Virus record (IMG/VR): IMGVR_UViG_3300046808_001241
Span: 124,001-188,000 of that record
Direction: 5' to 3' (one strand)
DNA length: 64,000 nt
Part shown: positions 17,809-28,006 of the stretch, one piece after another
Numbering within the stretch: the stretch's first letter is position 1
How the letters are laid out: every line of letters starts with the position of its first letter
The notes under the pieces: generated by a model
Seen by the model: only the letters and a program-made list of their open reading frames with translations
Databases searched by the model: none
Told to the model about the DNA's origin: nothing
Position numbers and translations under genes: made by a program

Positions 17809-18708
17809 TTATTTGATAAAGTCGCCTTTTTTGACAGTTGATTTGACTTCAGGCTTGCCTTTTTGGAGGTGGGCTTTCTTGTCACCGAGAGCTTTTGGTT
17901 CAGGGGACGATGAAACTTTGCCGGTGTGGGCCTTGCCACCTTTAGGATGGAGACGACCGATTTTGTTAGCCTTTGCCATTAGCTTCTTTTTCTTGTCGCC
18001 AAGAGCTTTGGGCTTATCTATTGATTCTTTCATCGGAGACTCTTCTTCGCCTTCTTCCTCAGAAAATTCTTCGTCGAAGTCTTCTTCTGAGTACTCTTCG
18101 TCACCTTCTTCCATGTTTTCTTCACCAGCGTCTTCGAGCTTGGAGAGAATTGATGAGAGTTTGTCTTGAAGTTCTTTGAGATCGGAGAGGAGATCGCCTT
18201 CCTCTTCTTCGGTTTCTTCCATTTCGTCTTCCATTTCGTCACCGAGCTCGAGTTCTTCGTCACCAGCTTCCATTTCTGGAGTAGCGGCCATTTCTTCTTC
18301 GAGTTCTTCGTTAAGGGTTTTTTTGAATAATGTTTCGAATGCGCTCATAGTAAAACTTTCTTTTTTAACTTTTTCTTCTTTTTCCTCTTCTTCATCCTTA
18401 GTTGGATCTACTTCAGTATCTTTCATTTCTTTGCCTTCTTCTGCTTTTGTTTCTTTAGCAGGAGCTGAATGTGGCATTGAGGATTTTGTAGCAGTTGGTT
18501 TTGAAGCAGAACCTGTGGTTTCTTCGTAAGCAGGACCTTGCTTCATTTTTGCTTTTTCAGGACCTTCTACTACCTTTGGCTTAGTACCAAAGAGATCTTG
18601 CTTGGCTTTGAGAGTGCCAACTTCATCATGAGAAGGATTTTGTAAAGCGTGTTTTTCAGCTTCGTTGAGAAGGATTTGATCGTAGATATCAGAAAGAGGA
18701 TTTTTCAT
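17809..18708 (-). CDS. Highly acidic/basic prohead core- or internal-protein-like protein
   Basis: E/D-rich centre, K-rich ends, several (I/L)xE sites (ILLNE|A, TLNE|E). Confidence 0.5.
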   Translation of the reverse strand: MKNPLSDIYDQILLNEAEKHALQNPSHDEVGTLKAKQDLFGTKPKVVEGPEKAKMKQGPAYEETTGSASKPTATKSSMPHSAPAKETKAEEGKEMKDTEVDPTKDEEEEKEEKVKKESFTMSAFETLFKKTLNEELEEEMAATPEMEAGDEELELGDEMEDEMEETEEEEGDLLSDLKELQDKLSSILSKLEDAGEENMEEGDEEYSEEDFDEEFSEEEGEEESPMKESIDKPKALGDKKKKLMAKANKIGRLHPKGGKAHTGKVSSSPEPKALGDKKAHLQKGKPEVKSTVKKGDFIK

Positions 18709-18751
18709 GTCTTATTTTATTTATCTAATTTGAATTATTTTTTAAGAGTTA

Positions 18752-19138
18752 TTATGGTTTATTTGGCCAGACTACTTCTCCAGGAGTTTTAAATTTATTA
18801 GGAATGTCTCGAAGAGCTTGACGATAGGTTAGCCAGGCTTCTTTAGATGGCTTTGGTGAGGCGTCTTCAAACATAACCCAATCAGATTGAGAAATTAATG
18901 CATTTCTTTTCATTCTAATTTGATCCCAAGTAATTTTAGGAGCTTCTTGTTTAGGGACATCTTTGATTTCCCATTGAGATCCATTCCAAAAAGCAACTTG
19001 TTCAGAAGATACTTTTGGTGGCTCAACTTCTGTTGCAAATGCTGGAACCAAAAAAGAACCTTGAACAAGAGGATCTGGATCAGCTTTTCCTTCTGCTACA
19101 AAAAATTTGGTTGAAGAATCATAATGATAAATTTTCAT
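18752..19138 (-). CDS. Tail fibre assembly chaperone
   Basis: IYHYD..T..F...G.ADPDPL..GSFLVPAFAT.VEPP N-terminus and W.QIR..RNAL...SDW...DA...W..YRQALRDIP C-terminus. Confidence 0.8.
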   Translation of the reverse strand: MKIYHYDSSTKFFVAEGKADPDPLVQGSFLVPAFATEVEPPKVSSEQVAFWNGSQWEIKDVPKQEAPKITWDQIRMKRNALISQSDWVMFEDASPKPSKEAWLTYRQALRDIPNKFKTPGEVVWPNKP

Positions 19139-19142
19139 ATTT

Positions 19143-19925
19143 TTAGAATTTTATGCAGTAAAGAAGAGGAATGTTTCTAGGGCGACTAGTTCCTGATGTC
19201 CCTTCCGAATTGCCTTTTAAAGCAACCCCAGCAGTTCTAGGAACAGCGGACATTGATGCTCCGCTGTAATCAGATATGGAATAATCATCTACTCCCAATG
19301 TATTTCTGCTAGCAACTTCTGAAGTGCCTGTAACCGATGTTGACCACACCGCAAAATTATTGTTGTCTACGGCCATTAACGATCCTTTTTGCCAAACACC
19401 TATTCCTCTTCCGCTATCAATTCCTCTGGAATCATCCCATGCTCTTACAAACTCTCCTCTAAAATCAGGAAGTCTAAAAGTAGTAGAACCATCTCCTTGG
19501 CTAAAAGATCCTGTAGCACTAGTCGAATACCATGCTGTATCTGTGACTAAATTTCCACTTGCTTGTGCAAAAGTCCACAAATTTGAATAGGTAGATCTGG
19601 ATAAAGATGCTCCGTTTAGTTTAATCCAACCACTGGGAGCAGTTGTTGAAGGAAAAGCCATCACAGAACCAACAGGTACAACAGAGGTAGTAGCAGAAAG
19701 AGTCCTCGTAGAGGCATTCCAATCTAAATCAATAGTTGGACTATCAAAAACGTTTACGGAAGCATCAGGAACACTTGCACTTAATTCACAAACAGCTGCA
19801 GAAAGAGCTGCAAAGTTTCCATTAATCTTTGGAAGAGAAGCTCCAATACATTCATCGCCGTCTATATACTGTACATTGACACAAGACATACTTTTAATTA
19901 TTACAACTAACCATTTTCTGAACAA
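19143..19925 (-). CDS. Short fibre: CIGDSL-type anchor plus phage tail-collar domain (likely start MSCVNV)
   Basis: ECIGASLPKINGNF; PVGSV.AF....AP.GW.KLNG...SR..Y..LW...FRLPDFRGEFVRAWD..RG.D.GR; ends RPRNIPLLYCIK. Confidence 0.85.
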   Translation of the reverse strand: MFRKWLVVIIKSMSCVNVQYIDGDECIGASLPKINGNFAALSAAVCELSASVPDASVNVFDSPTIDLDWNASTRTLSATTSVVPVGSVMAFPSTTAPSGWIKLNGASLSRSTYSNLWTFAQASGNLVTDTAWYSTSATGSFSQGDGSTTFRLPDFRGEFVRAWDDSRGIDSGRGIGVWQKGSLMAVDNNNFAVWSTSVTGTSEVASRNTLGVDDYSISDYSGASMSAVPRTAGVALKGNSEGTSGTSRPRNIPLLYCIKF

Positions 19926-22900
19926 GTTGGATCAAAATAATCAAATAATAATTCTAAATTTGTCCAAAGTTGGTTCGACAACCGATTTATAACAGCATTG
20001 GTTACGATTTCGTTTTGACCAAGTATTAGGTCGTCTTTCGAATATACAGGAGCTCTATATGACTTGCAACCAGTTTCAGAATAAAATAATGAAGTTCTAA
20101 ACAGTTCGATGTTATCCCACAACCGATGGAATGATTTCAAATAAACCCAAGGTTGAATATATTCTTCTTTATGAACAAGAATTTCATGTAAGTCCCAATA
20201 AAGTTTTTCTGAAATTACTGCTTTTACGTCAGTAATTTTCATTAGATCTGGAATTTTTAAAATCTTATCCCCAATTGTTACATAAATGTTTCTGAACTTA
20301 TCTTGCATGATAGAATTGTACCCTTGCAAGATAGCTCCTGAACCACACTTATATTCATTTAATAAGAGCTCAAATAAGGTTCCAGTTCTAAAAAACTTTG
20401 TAATTCCAAAGTCATGAGTAATGTAAATTACTTCCCTATTAAAACTTGTATTAATCTTTTTAGGATTTATTACTTCAGCTGGCCAACTATACTCAAACAA
20501 ATACACTCCTTCTGAATCGAAAACATATATAGCTTTAGGAGTCAAGCAATGAGTATTTTGCTGAGAGTCAACACAAACTGATATTGGTGCGTTGTCTAAA
20601 AATTTATCGCTTGTTATTACTTTTTGGCTTTTACCATTGAATGTAAATTTTTTGACACACTCATTTCCTGTATCAGCAATCCAAACATCATGATCTTGAT
20701 CTATATGAATATCGCTTGGGTTATTCAATCCTTGAGGAGTTGTTGCTAAGCCAAAAGTACCCCATGATGTAAACAACTTAAAGGAATCTTCCTTAATAGA
20801 AAATACACTCACTTTAGATAAGACATTATCTAATACAAACACTTTATTTTCATCGGATGCAACGCCTACGATATTTTGGAACGAGAACAGCTCATCAGCA
20901 GCTCCTCTTCTTGCAAGATAGGTTGCAACATAATCAGTTTTAATTAAATGAATTTCTGTTGGATATGCAACTACTAAACGATCTAAAGTACTAATATGTT
21001 CTGCGTCAACTAAGCTACATCTTTGAGTAAACGAACAAGACGGAATCTGAAAATATTGACTATCAATTGTAGAAATCTTCCAGTTGTCCCTGTCACAGTT
21101 CAGAGACTCAGAGTCAGATTCACATTTTTCAAACTTCCATTTTTTAGCAAGATCGGAAGCACATTTTGTATCTTTCCACTTAACGTTTAATTCAGAAACA
21201 TTACAGCGTCTTGATTTCCACTTCCATTCGATACAATATTTTCCTAAGCACGTCGGATCGGTTTGAGAACCTTCACATTCGTGATATTCCCATGTTAATG
21301 GAAAGTTTGTTCCTTCACATTCCAAAGCTGCCCAATTTGCTTCTAATTCAACGTTCGTGGGACATTCAAGATCCTGCCAAACGTAAACCGGAGTAGTGGT
21401 TTCAATTGTTGTAGAAGCAGCTCCTCTGGGTCCAAGCCATCCGTAAAATTTATTTTTTGATTTGTAAAGCCTTGTATATTTGTTGAGATCTTCTAAAGCA
21501 TTATAAATTTTTTCCAAAACACTGTTAACATTGTCTGCAACTGCCCATTCATTAGGAGTCATTCTTGGAGTTTGATTGTAAGGCAACTCAACAGGAGTAA
21601 ACTCTGTTTGAAAATAATCTTCATTTACTTCATCATATTGCTGAACAATTTCAACCATTCCCGGAAACACCACAGTTGTTGGTTGAGAAATATTCGTATT
21701 GGTATTCTTAAGCAAGGCAGTAGCAGATAGATCAGCTACTCCAATCTGATCGAATATCATCGTTCCTGATAAACTAGATCCAGATAAAGTCAAAGTAGTA
21801 GGAGATAGTTCTGATTGCAAAACTATATTTTCAAGTTGATAAGGAGCACTCGGAGTTCCAACAGAGAAAATTTCTACAGGATTGTTTTTGATATTAAAAT
21901 AGTTTTTAACAAACAATTTTGCAAAAGGAACTGGAGATACCGTAGCGCTTACATCAAATGTTTGAGTAGTTTGTTTTGGAATCCAATCAAAGGGAGTTGC
22001 AGAAATTACAATAGTCTTTGTTGCTGAAGTATATACGGCAACTGTAGTATTAAACGTCGAGGCGCATTTAAAATAATCTAAGTTGAGATCTTTATCATAG
22101 CTTAAACCGAATTGATAAGCATAAATGCTAGGCAGAAAGCTTGTTCCTGAGAACGAATCGTATTCCCCACCCCACTCCCCAATATCAGATGTGGCTTCAA
22201 CTCCCCACTTTGATCCATTATATGTTTCTGTTAAAACTCCGGAAGCAGAAGGAACGGTTATAATTCCCAAAAATTTTTGAGAAGAATAATCAAATGGCAA
22301 CGAGAACGAAGGTTGAGAAAACGGAGAATCGAACGAAACTGGAGTAGAGCTTGGATACGACCTTATTTCGATGTCTTCTTTTAAATAGCTATTTGAAGAA
22401 CTTGTTCCTCCCGTAAGGTTCTGAGTCGAGGTGAAGTACGGATAAAACTCTAAATTGCCTGTATTATCTTTATACGTTAAAAGAGGAGCTGTGGAAGGAA
22501 TTGCATTAGTTGTTACAAAAAGACTAACAGGATAAGATTGTTCTAAATCCGGTTCTGATGTAATTGTAGTTGTTGCTGTAGCAGTATTGACCAAAACAAC
22601 ATCTAATAAAGAGGTTGCATCTGAAGTATTCAATATTTCTGTTACACTATTGCCAACAAACCAATTTGCAGTTGCTCCATTGGTTGTCGTTGAAGAAAGT
22701 CTAACAACTTCTGTGTGGCCTTCCCCATAGAAAAATGCTCCTTCTGATTGCGTATAGTTTGAGGAATTTAAATTGATCTGTTGAACTGTTCCTCCTACAT
22801 TTTTAATAACAGAGCTGGGATAGACGATAAACTCTGCTGTCGGAATTGTTGCAACAAACACAGAAGAGAGTTGAAACTCTGCTACAGGTTCAAAATCAGG

Positions 22901-23182
22901 ACTTGCAGTAGAAACAGATACAGTAATAGAACAGACGCAAGGAGTGGTGCAACTAAAGTTGCGAGATGTTTGAAAGGTAAAATCGACATTATTCGAAACA
23001 AATTGAGCAGGAGTTCCGTTATTAAGAGCTGAAGTTACATAGTATTGTGTTCCAAGTTCTTCATCAGGTAAAAGCAAATCGCTTAATTTGATCGAAACTG
23101 TATATGGACTTGCAGAAGTAAGTCTATAAAACAACGAGCTATTAGAAGTTCGTTCAAAATTTGCAAACAAATCAAGAGCCAT
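19907..23182 (-). CDS. Large baseplate/tail protein with Cys/Trp-rich segment and NHL beta-propeller
   Basis: NHL repeat GLNNPSDIHIDQDHDVWIADTGNECVKKF; W..xxC repeats; AATAAATA at 23192-23199. Confidence 0.65.
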   Translation of the reverse strand: MALDLFANFERTSNSSLFYRLTSASPYTVSIKLSDLLLPDEELGTQYYVTSALNNGTPAQFVSNNVDFTFQTSRNFSCTTPCVCSITVSVSTASPDFEPVAEFQLSSVFVATIPTAEFIVYPSSVIKNVGGTVQQINLNSSNYTQSEGAFFYGEGHTEVVRLSSTTTNGATANWFVGNSVTEILNTSDATSLLDVVLVNTATATTTITSEPDLEQSYPVSLFVTTNAIPSTAPLLTYKDNTGNLEFYPYFTSTQNLTGGTSSSNSYLKEDIEIRSYPSSTPVSFDSPFSQPSFSLPFDYSSQKFLGIITVPSASGVLTETYNGSKWGVEATSDIGEWGGEYDSFSGTSFLPSIYAYQFGLSYDKDLNLDYFKCASTFNTTVAVYTSATKTIVISATPFDWIPKQTTQTFDVSATVSPVPFAKLFVKNYFNIKNNPVEIFSVGTPSAPYQLENIVLQSELSPTTLTLSGSSLSGTMIFDQIGVADLSATALLKNTNTNISQPTTVVFPGMVEIVQQYDEVNEDYFQTEFTPVELPYNQTPRMTPNEWAVADNVNSVLEKIYNALEDLNKYTRLYKSKNKFYGWLGPRGAASTTIETTTPVYVWQDLECPTNVELEANWAALECEGTNFPLTWEYHECEGSQTDPTCLGKYCIEWKWKSRRCNVSELNVKWKDTKCASDLAKKWKFEKCESDSESLNCDRDNWKISTIDSQYFQIPSCSFTQRCSLVDAEHISTLDRLVVAYPTEIHLIKTDYVATYLARRGAADELFSFQNIVGVASDENKVFVLDNVLSKVSVFSIKEDSFKLFTSWGTFGLATTPQGLNNPSDIHIDQDHDVWIADTGNECVKKFTFNGKSQKVITSDKFLDNAPISVCVDSQQNTHCLTPKAIYVFDSEGVYLFEYSWPAEVINPKKINTSFNREVIYITHDFGITKFFRTGTLFELLLNEYKCGSGAILQGYNSIMQDKFRNIYVTIGDKILKIPDLMKITDVKAVISEKLYWDLHEILVHKEEYIQPWVYLKSFHRLWDNIELFRTSLFYSETGCKSYRAPVYSKDDLILGQNEIVTNAVINRLSNQLWTNLELLFDYFDPTCSENG

Positions 23183-23203
23183 TATGCTTATTATTTATTG
23201 CTG

Positions 23204-25687
23204 TCAGTCGACCCAAAGCACCTCAATTAGATCAACATACATTGGCTGAAGTTGAGTAACCATTTGTTTAATTTGATCTTCAATGATTTGTCTTGTTTTT
23301 GTGTCTTGTATTGCTGTTCCTTTAAGTTTAATTTTATAAAAAGGAGCTTTTGAGCCTGGAAGTTTGTTTTTAAACATCCTTTCAACCGTTTCGATATATT
23401 GAATATTTGGAACAGGAAGCGTCCAATAGATATCATCAGCAGGAATGGATGATCTTAAGAAAAACTGAAACTTGTTATTTTCTAAACAATAGTTATAAAT
23501 CTTGATGTCTTCGAATTCTCCGTTGAAAATGGAAGATACGTATCCAATTTCATCATTGAATCCTGTTTGAGAACCTGCAGAAGATCCAATAAAAAACAAA
23601 GGCTGGTTGTCGTACGACAATTCATATTGGGCGGAATATGGCAGTTCCATTAACAATTGCTCGCCAACATACACAGAAAACTTTTTGTTTCTAAGAGTAA
23701 CGATTATATGCTGCCAGCTATCATTGTCCCAGTTGCTAATAGAAGCTTGTGAACTAAATTGCGTAAAAGTCAATTCTTCTTGAGTTTTGTCTTTTAGCGA
23801 AGCTCTTAAAACAAGCTGAGTTTGATTGTTGTAAGGAGATAAATTTTTAAAAATTCTTCTATGCTCGTATCCAGTAAAGTCTCCTTTAGCTAAAAACTTA
23901 AATTGATTTGCATCTTGATTTAAAACAGAAAGAGTTGTTGAATTGAATAGAGCTAGAATGCTAATTGTATTAATCAACTGACCAGACATGTCGTGTATAT
24001 ACAAATACGGCTCATCAGAATAATAAATTACACAATTCCATTGTCTTGTTTGAGACTCCCTATCATACACGCAGAAAAAGCTAATGTTCTTTTGTTCGTG
24101 ATTAATATCTAGACCAACATCTGTTGTTAGTACAGGATCAGAAAGAGGTTCTGATTTTGAATCTATTACTGTTAAACTATTCCTACCATGCAATACCCAA
24201 AGCCTATCGTACGGATCAATTGCTACATTGGTAGCTTTGTCTGAAAATACGTGATACAGAGTCTCATTACCGTTTTGTTTTTTGTATAAGTTTTGATCAG
24301 AGCGAGGAATAAACCATTGCGTAGTTTCTATAAATTTAGAATCAAAAACATCATTCGAAATATCAAGCTCAAAAAAATCTGCTTCGCTGTTATATCTATA
24401 CGAAGATACTGCAGACAAAGATGTTTGTTGAATAAGAGTGTTAACTAATTCCAATTTAAAATTAAAAGTATATAGAGCGATGTTAGTACGAATTATTACC
24501 GAATTATTTTTTCCGATCAGCATTTCAACTGGAAGTTCGTCAACACCACTGAACGTAAATGGAGTTTTAAGCTTTTTAGTTGAAGCTATTATCTTGCCTG
24601 TGTTGTCTATTTTATAAATTGTTCCAGAATTATCAGAATTACAAACAACTACGTTTTGATCAAAATCGATTGCAATTAGCTTTGGGGAAGCAAATATTTG
24701 TTGAGTGATTTGCACTGACTTATCCAAGTATCCAATAAGTCCTTCGTTAACGTAAAGTACGTGTCCGTAGTTTGTTTCTGGAATTACAAAGAACGGATAA
24801 CTACTCAGCGTTTGAACAAAAACTCCATAACCTCCTCCACTAGAAAAATTGCCAACTAGCTGAGTGGTTTGCGCATCATTCCAATTTGGACTTTGAGCCC
24901 AAAAAGCTAAAGTAAATTCATTTGTCGGACAGTAAGAGGAATTATATGTTAAAATAACCTCTGTATTTTTGTTATTATCGAATCTTATTACAGGATTGGT
25001 AACTCTTCCTGGATCTTCGTCTATTGTATATAGTTCAGATGTAGTTGCGGTCGTTGCAATTGCTGGTTCAATTCCAGAAACGCTATTAACTTGATTCGTA
25101 TTCCAATTTTTGAGATCTAGCTTAATATATTCCCCACTGAGACCTCCCAGTGTGCTGACAATATTGTTTGCAGTAGATTCCCCAACATGAAAGTATTTGT
25201 ACATTACTCCAGGCTCAAACATCATCTTTGACGGAACATCCCTAAAAATTGGATCATTGGGCGTATAAACTGGTCCTTCTGATAGCTGAGCAATTGCGAT
25301 AGAAAATTTAAACGAACCTGGATTATACATCCTATCCATCCATCTTAAAACTCCTTGAGGATCTTTGTATAGCCAACTGCAAAACCAAACGCCATCAGCA
25401 ACATCAGAAATTGGATCACCGTTCGGAGTAACATTTCCAAAGTTTTTTCTATTCTTAAAAATACGATCAGAAGCAGCAGGAAAAGGTCCTCCAGTTGCTC
25501 CATCAACGATCAACGAACTGTCTTTTAGTGAAATCGGCTTAGTATAAAACGGAATGTGAAAATATGTTTCTTTGTCAGCTTTTAGAATGAGTTCTTTTCC
25601 ATCATGCTGATAACCTAGTAAAATCTTTTCAGATCCTTCATCCCTATTTCTGTTTACGTAGAGTTTGTTATAAATTCGATCGCTCAT
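23204..25687 (-). CDS. Large virion protein with split LamG domain around a beta-propeller
   Basis: FTLAFWA, DSWQHIIVTL..KKFSVYVG, FNGEFEDIKIYNYCL. Confidence 0.65.
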   Translation of the reverse strand: MSDRIYNKLYVNRNRDEGSEKILLGYQHDGKELILKADKETYFHIPFYTKPISLKDSSLIVDGATGGPFPAASDRIFKNRKNFGNVTPNGDPISDVADGVWFCSWLYKDPQGVLRWMDRMYNPGSFKFSIAIAQLSEGPVYTPNDPIFRDVPSKMMFEPGVMYKYFHVGESTANNIVSTLGGLSGEYIKLDLKNWNTNQVNSVSGIEPAIATTATTSELYTIDEDPGRVTNPVIRFDNNKNTEVILTYNSSYCPTNEFTLAFWAQSPNWNDAQTTQLVGNFSSGGGYGVFVQTLSSYPFFVIPETNYGHVLYVNEGLIGYLDKSVQITQQIFASPKLIAIDFDQNVVVCNSDNSGTIYKIDNTGKIIASTKKLKTPFTFSGVDELPVEMLIGKNNSVIIRTNIALYTFNFKLELVNTLIQQTSLSAVSSYRYNSEADFFELDISNDVFDSKFIETTQWFIPRSDQNLYKKQNGNETLYHVFSDKATNVAIDPYDRLWVLHGRNSLTVIDSKSEPLSDPVLTTDVGLDINHEQKNISFFCVYDRESQTRQWNCVIYYSDEPYLYIHDMSGQLINTISILALFNSTTLSVLNQDANQFKFLAKGDFTGYEHRRIFKNLSPYNNQTQLVLRASLKDKTQEELTFTQFSSQASISNWDNDSWQHIIVTLRNKKFSVYVGEQLLMELPYSAQYELSYDNQPLFFIGSSAGSQTGFNDEIGYVSSIFNGEFEDIKIYNYCLENNKFQFFLRSSIPADDIYWTLPVPNIQYIETVERMFKNKLPGSKAPFYKIKLKGTAIQDTKTRQIIEDQIKQMVTQLQPMYVDLIEVLWVD

Positions 25688-26571
25688 AATTTAGGAGAAT
25701 ATGTACCAGATGAAGAGAAATTCGTTTTCATCAAAGCAACGTTGAGATTTACCGTTTCTGATTCAGTCAGATCTGTTGTTGGACATGAAACCAACAAGTT
25801 TGTATTTTTTTCTGTGTTTGTTTTGATATCGACGGTTTGTCGAGTATTGTAACCAAGAAGTTCGTTAAAGTATTTAATTTCAGAAGTAGTTGGATCGAAG
25901 TTATATTCCAGAGAAGTATCTGTAACAGGAACTACAGAAAACCGATACGGATTTACCAAAGTATCATTTAATTCAACACCAACTGCTCTAAGCACTTTGT
26001 CGACTCCATAAGACAAAAATCTATAGCCTTCCGGAGTTTTTACTTTAAAAGATATTTGACCGTCTTTAAAGTCTACTTCAAAACGTCTAACAAAGATTTG
26101 TGACTCGTCTAATATTGTTTCTGATAGTCTTACTGTGTAAGGATATTGCTCATCGATTTGAAGATAGTTTGATTTGTCAGCTTTTAATTCAACTACATTT
26201 GATGTTATAGGAATTATGTTTACAAACAAATTTTGACCATTACCTCCGACATAAACTTGCTTTCCTGTTACTGTTAAAAATTCGTTATTCTTAGCTTTTA
26301 AAAAAGTAGTACCAGCAATTGTTCCTAAAGATAGAGTAGATTTTTGCGTTTCAAAAACCGATTGCAGGTCTTTCACGTCAGTTAAAACCAAACAATTCTT
26401 TTTGCTCAGAGCAGCATCTTTAAAATTTCTAAACAGAGTATAATCATAATACCCAAAGCTTCCTCTGTAGGCATTATATACGTTGTGGAGCTTTTCTTCT
26501 GAATTATAGTTATATGTAAACTTTACAGAAGAAATAGCTGATAATGGTCTAGTGTTAACAACAAATGCCAT
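25684..26571 (-). CDS. Virion structural protein, possibly beta-trefoil
   Basis: LKAKNNEFLTV, LKADKSNYLQID, FKVKTPEGYRFL repeats. Confidence 0.5.
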   Translation of the reverse strand: MAFVVNTRPLSAISSVKFTYNYNSEEKLHNVYNAYRGSFGYYDYTLFRNFKDAALSKKNCLVLTDVKDLQSVFETQKSTLSLGTIAGTTFLKAKNNEFLTVTGKQVYVGGNGQNLFVNIIPITSNVVELKADKSNYLQIDEQYPYTVRLSETILDESQIFVRRFEVDFKDGQISFKVKTPEGYRFLSYGVDKVLRAVGVELNDTLVNPYRFSVVPVTDTSLEYNFDPTTSEIKYFNELLGYNTRQTVDIKTNTEKNTNLLVSCPTTDLTESETVNLNVALMKTNFSSSGTYSPKL

Positions 26572-26575
26572 GTTG

Positions 26576-28006
26576 TTAATTATCTATTCTCCAAACGGCA
26601 ACTCCGTCGTTTATTTCCCCAACAATTACTTTTCCGTTGTCTGTTAATTCATTCTGAAGGAGAGTTATAGAACTTCCATCGAAAGTTTGAAGCTTTAGTG
26701 GACCGACGATGGTAGAAGCGCAATCAGCAGTTCCTGTTGAGCTTGAATATGCAGTAATGGACGGATAATAAGAAAAGCCAGAATTTGGTAGTTTTCTGTA
26801 CGTATAAATTATATCAAAATTTCTTGGATCTTGCCAGTCCAAATTAAAGATGTCAGAAAACACAAATGGTGAATTTGAATCAGGAGACCATCTCCTTTGA
26901 GTCAGAAGTGGGCTACCATCTCCAAGATCCCAAACAATTTTTTCTACAGGAAAGCTTCCGCACTTAACAAATCTGGGAGTCAATCTTACAGTTAACGGAG
27001 AAATTTTTCCTGGAGTCAAATCGATTGCTGAAAGATAAGCAACTGGAGGAATTTCAAGAACACGCAAGAATGCTTCTTTAACGATCGTGACCTCTTTTGC
27101 AGAAAGCGTTAGTGGTTTCTGAGAGCAGTTTGCTCCTCCCATTCCATCCCATGTTTTGTTTAACGAAGAGTCACATTTTGTTTCATCCCAAGTTAAAACT
27201 TTTGCTAAAGGATTTGCTGACAAGTCACAAGAAACATTATTCCATAGCCAACTAACGCTTTCTGTAGCATATTCGAGACACGGACCAGATATTCCTGACC
27301 ATATCAATTGATTAGAATCTTGGAATCCAGATTGATTCCACGTTATTGGATTGTTTCTGGGATTGGTTGGAGAAGAGCACAGAAAATTGTACCACTGCCA
27401 GTTGAACGGCAATTGTTGTAATTCTTGCTCTGGTTGCACATACAAACCTCCGGAATTTGCCCAAGCAGCGTCGCAACGTTCTTCTGGGCGGTCATTCCAG
27501 CGCTTTTCATATTGTTGACTGGATAGAGTATTGTTCCATGTTATTGTAGGTTCTAGAGTGTCCGTACAATCCCGTTTATTCCAAGTCCATTCTAAGCAGT
27601 ATCTTTCAATACACGAAAATGCTTGATATTCTACAGTTCCAACGTTAACGTATTCTGTTTTTGTAAACTTTATTGTATATAAACCAGGCATTATATAGTT
27701 GTGACAATAAACTTCATTAGACAAAGTAGGGGATGAAGTAATATTAGAGTCAGTATTATAATAATCCCCAAAGTCTGCAACTCTTTGTATAGCTATAGAT
27801 GATAAACTAGGAGTTCCTGCAAAAGAAGATAAGGAAACAGAAGTATAAGGAGCGTATCCGATGTATGTAGAATCTGTTCCAGTTAACAAAGACGAGTCAG
27901 TAATCAAACGACTATTAGGAAACTCAACACGAGGAGTTCCATCGTCCCAACTATAATCAGGAGGAACTGAATTAATACTAAAAAAATCAAAAGTTACGTT
28001 GCTCAT
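26576..28006 (-). CDS. Virion protein with PKD-like segments and Cys/Trp-rich repeats
   Basis: DFGDYYN...HNYIMPGLYTIK; IVWDLGDGSP; repeated W..TxC units. Confidence 0.6.
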   Translation of the reverse strand: MSNVTFDFFSINSVPPDYSWDDGTPRVEFPNSRLITDSSLLTGTDSTYIGYAPYTSVSLSSFAGTPSLSSIAIQRVADFGDYYNTDSNITSSPTLSNEVYCHNYIMPGLYTIKFTKTEYVNVGTVEYQAFSCIERYCLEWTWNKRDCTDTLEPTITWNNTLSSQQYEKRWNDRPEERCDAAWANSGGLYVQPEQELQQLPFNWQWYNFLCSSPTNPRNNPITWNQSGFQDSNQLIWSGISGPCLEYATESVSWLWNNVSCDLSANPLAKVLTWDETKCDSSLNKTWDGMGGANCSQKPLTLSAKEVTIVKEAFLRVLEIPPVAYLSAIDLTPGKISPLTVRLTPRFVKCGSFPVEKIVWDLGDGSPLLTQRRWSPDSNSPFVFSDIFNLDWQDPRNFDIIYTYRKLPNSGFSYYPSITAYSSSTGTADCASTIVGPLKLQTFDGSSITLLQNELTDNGKVIVGEINDGVAVWRIDN

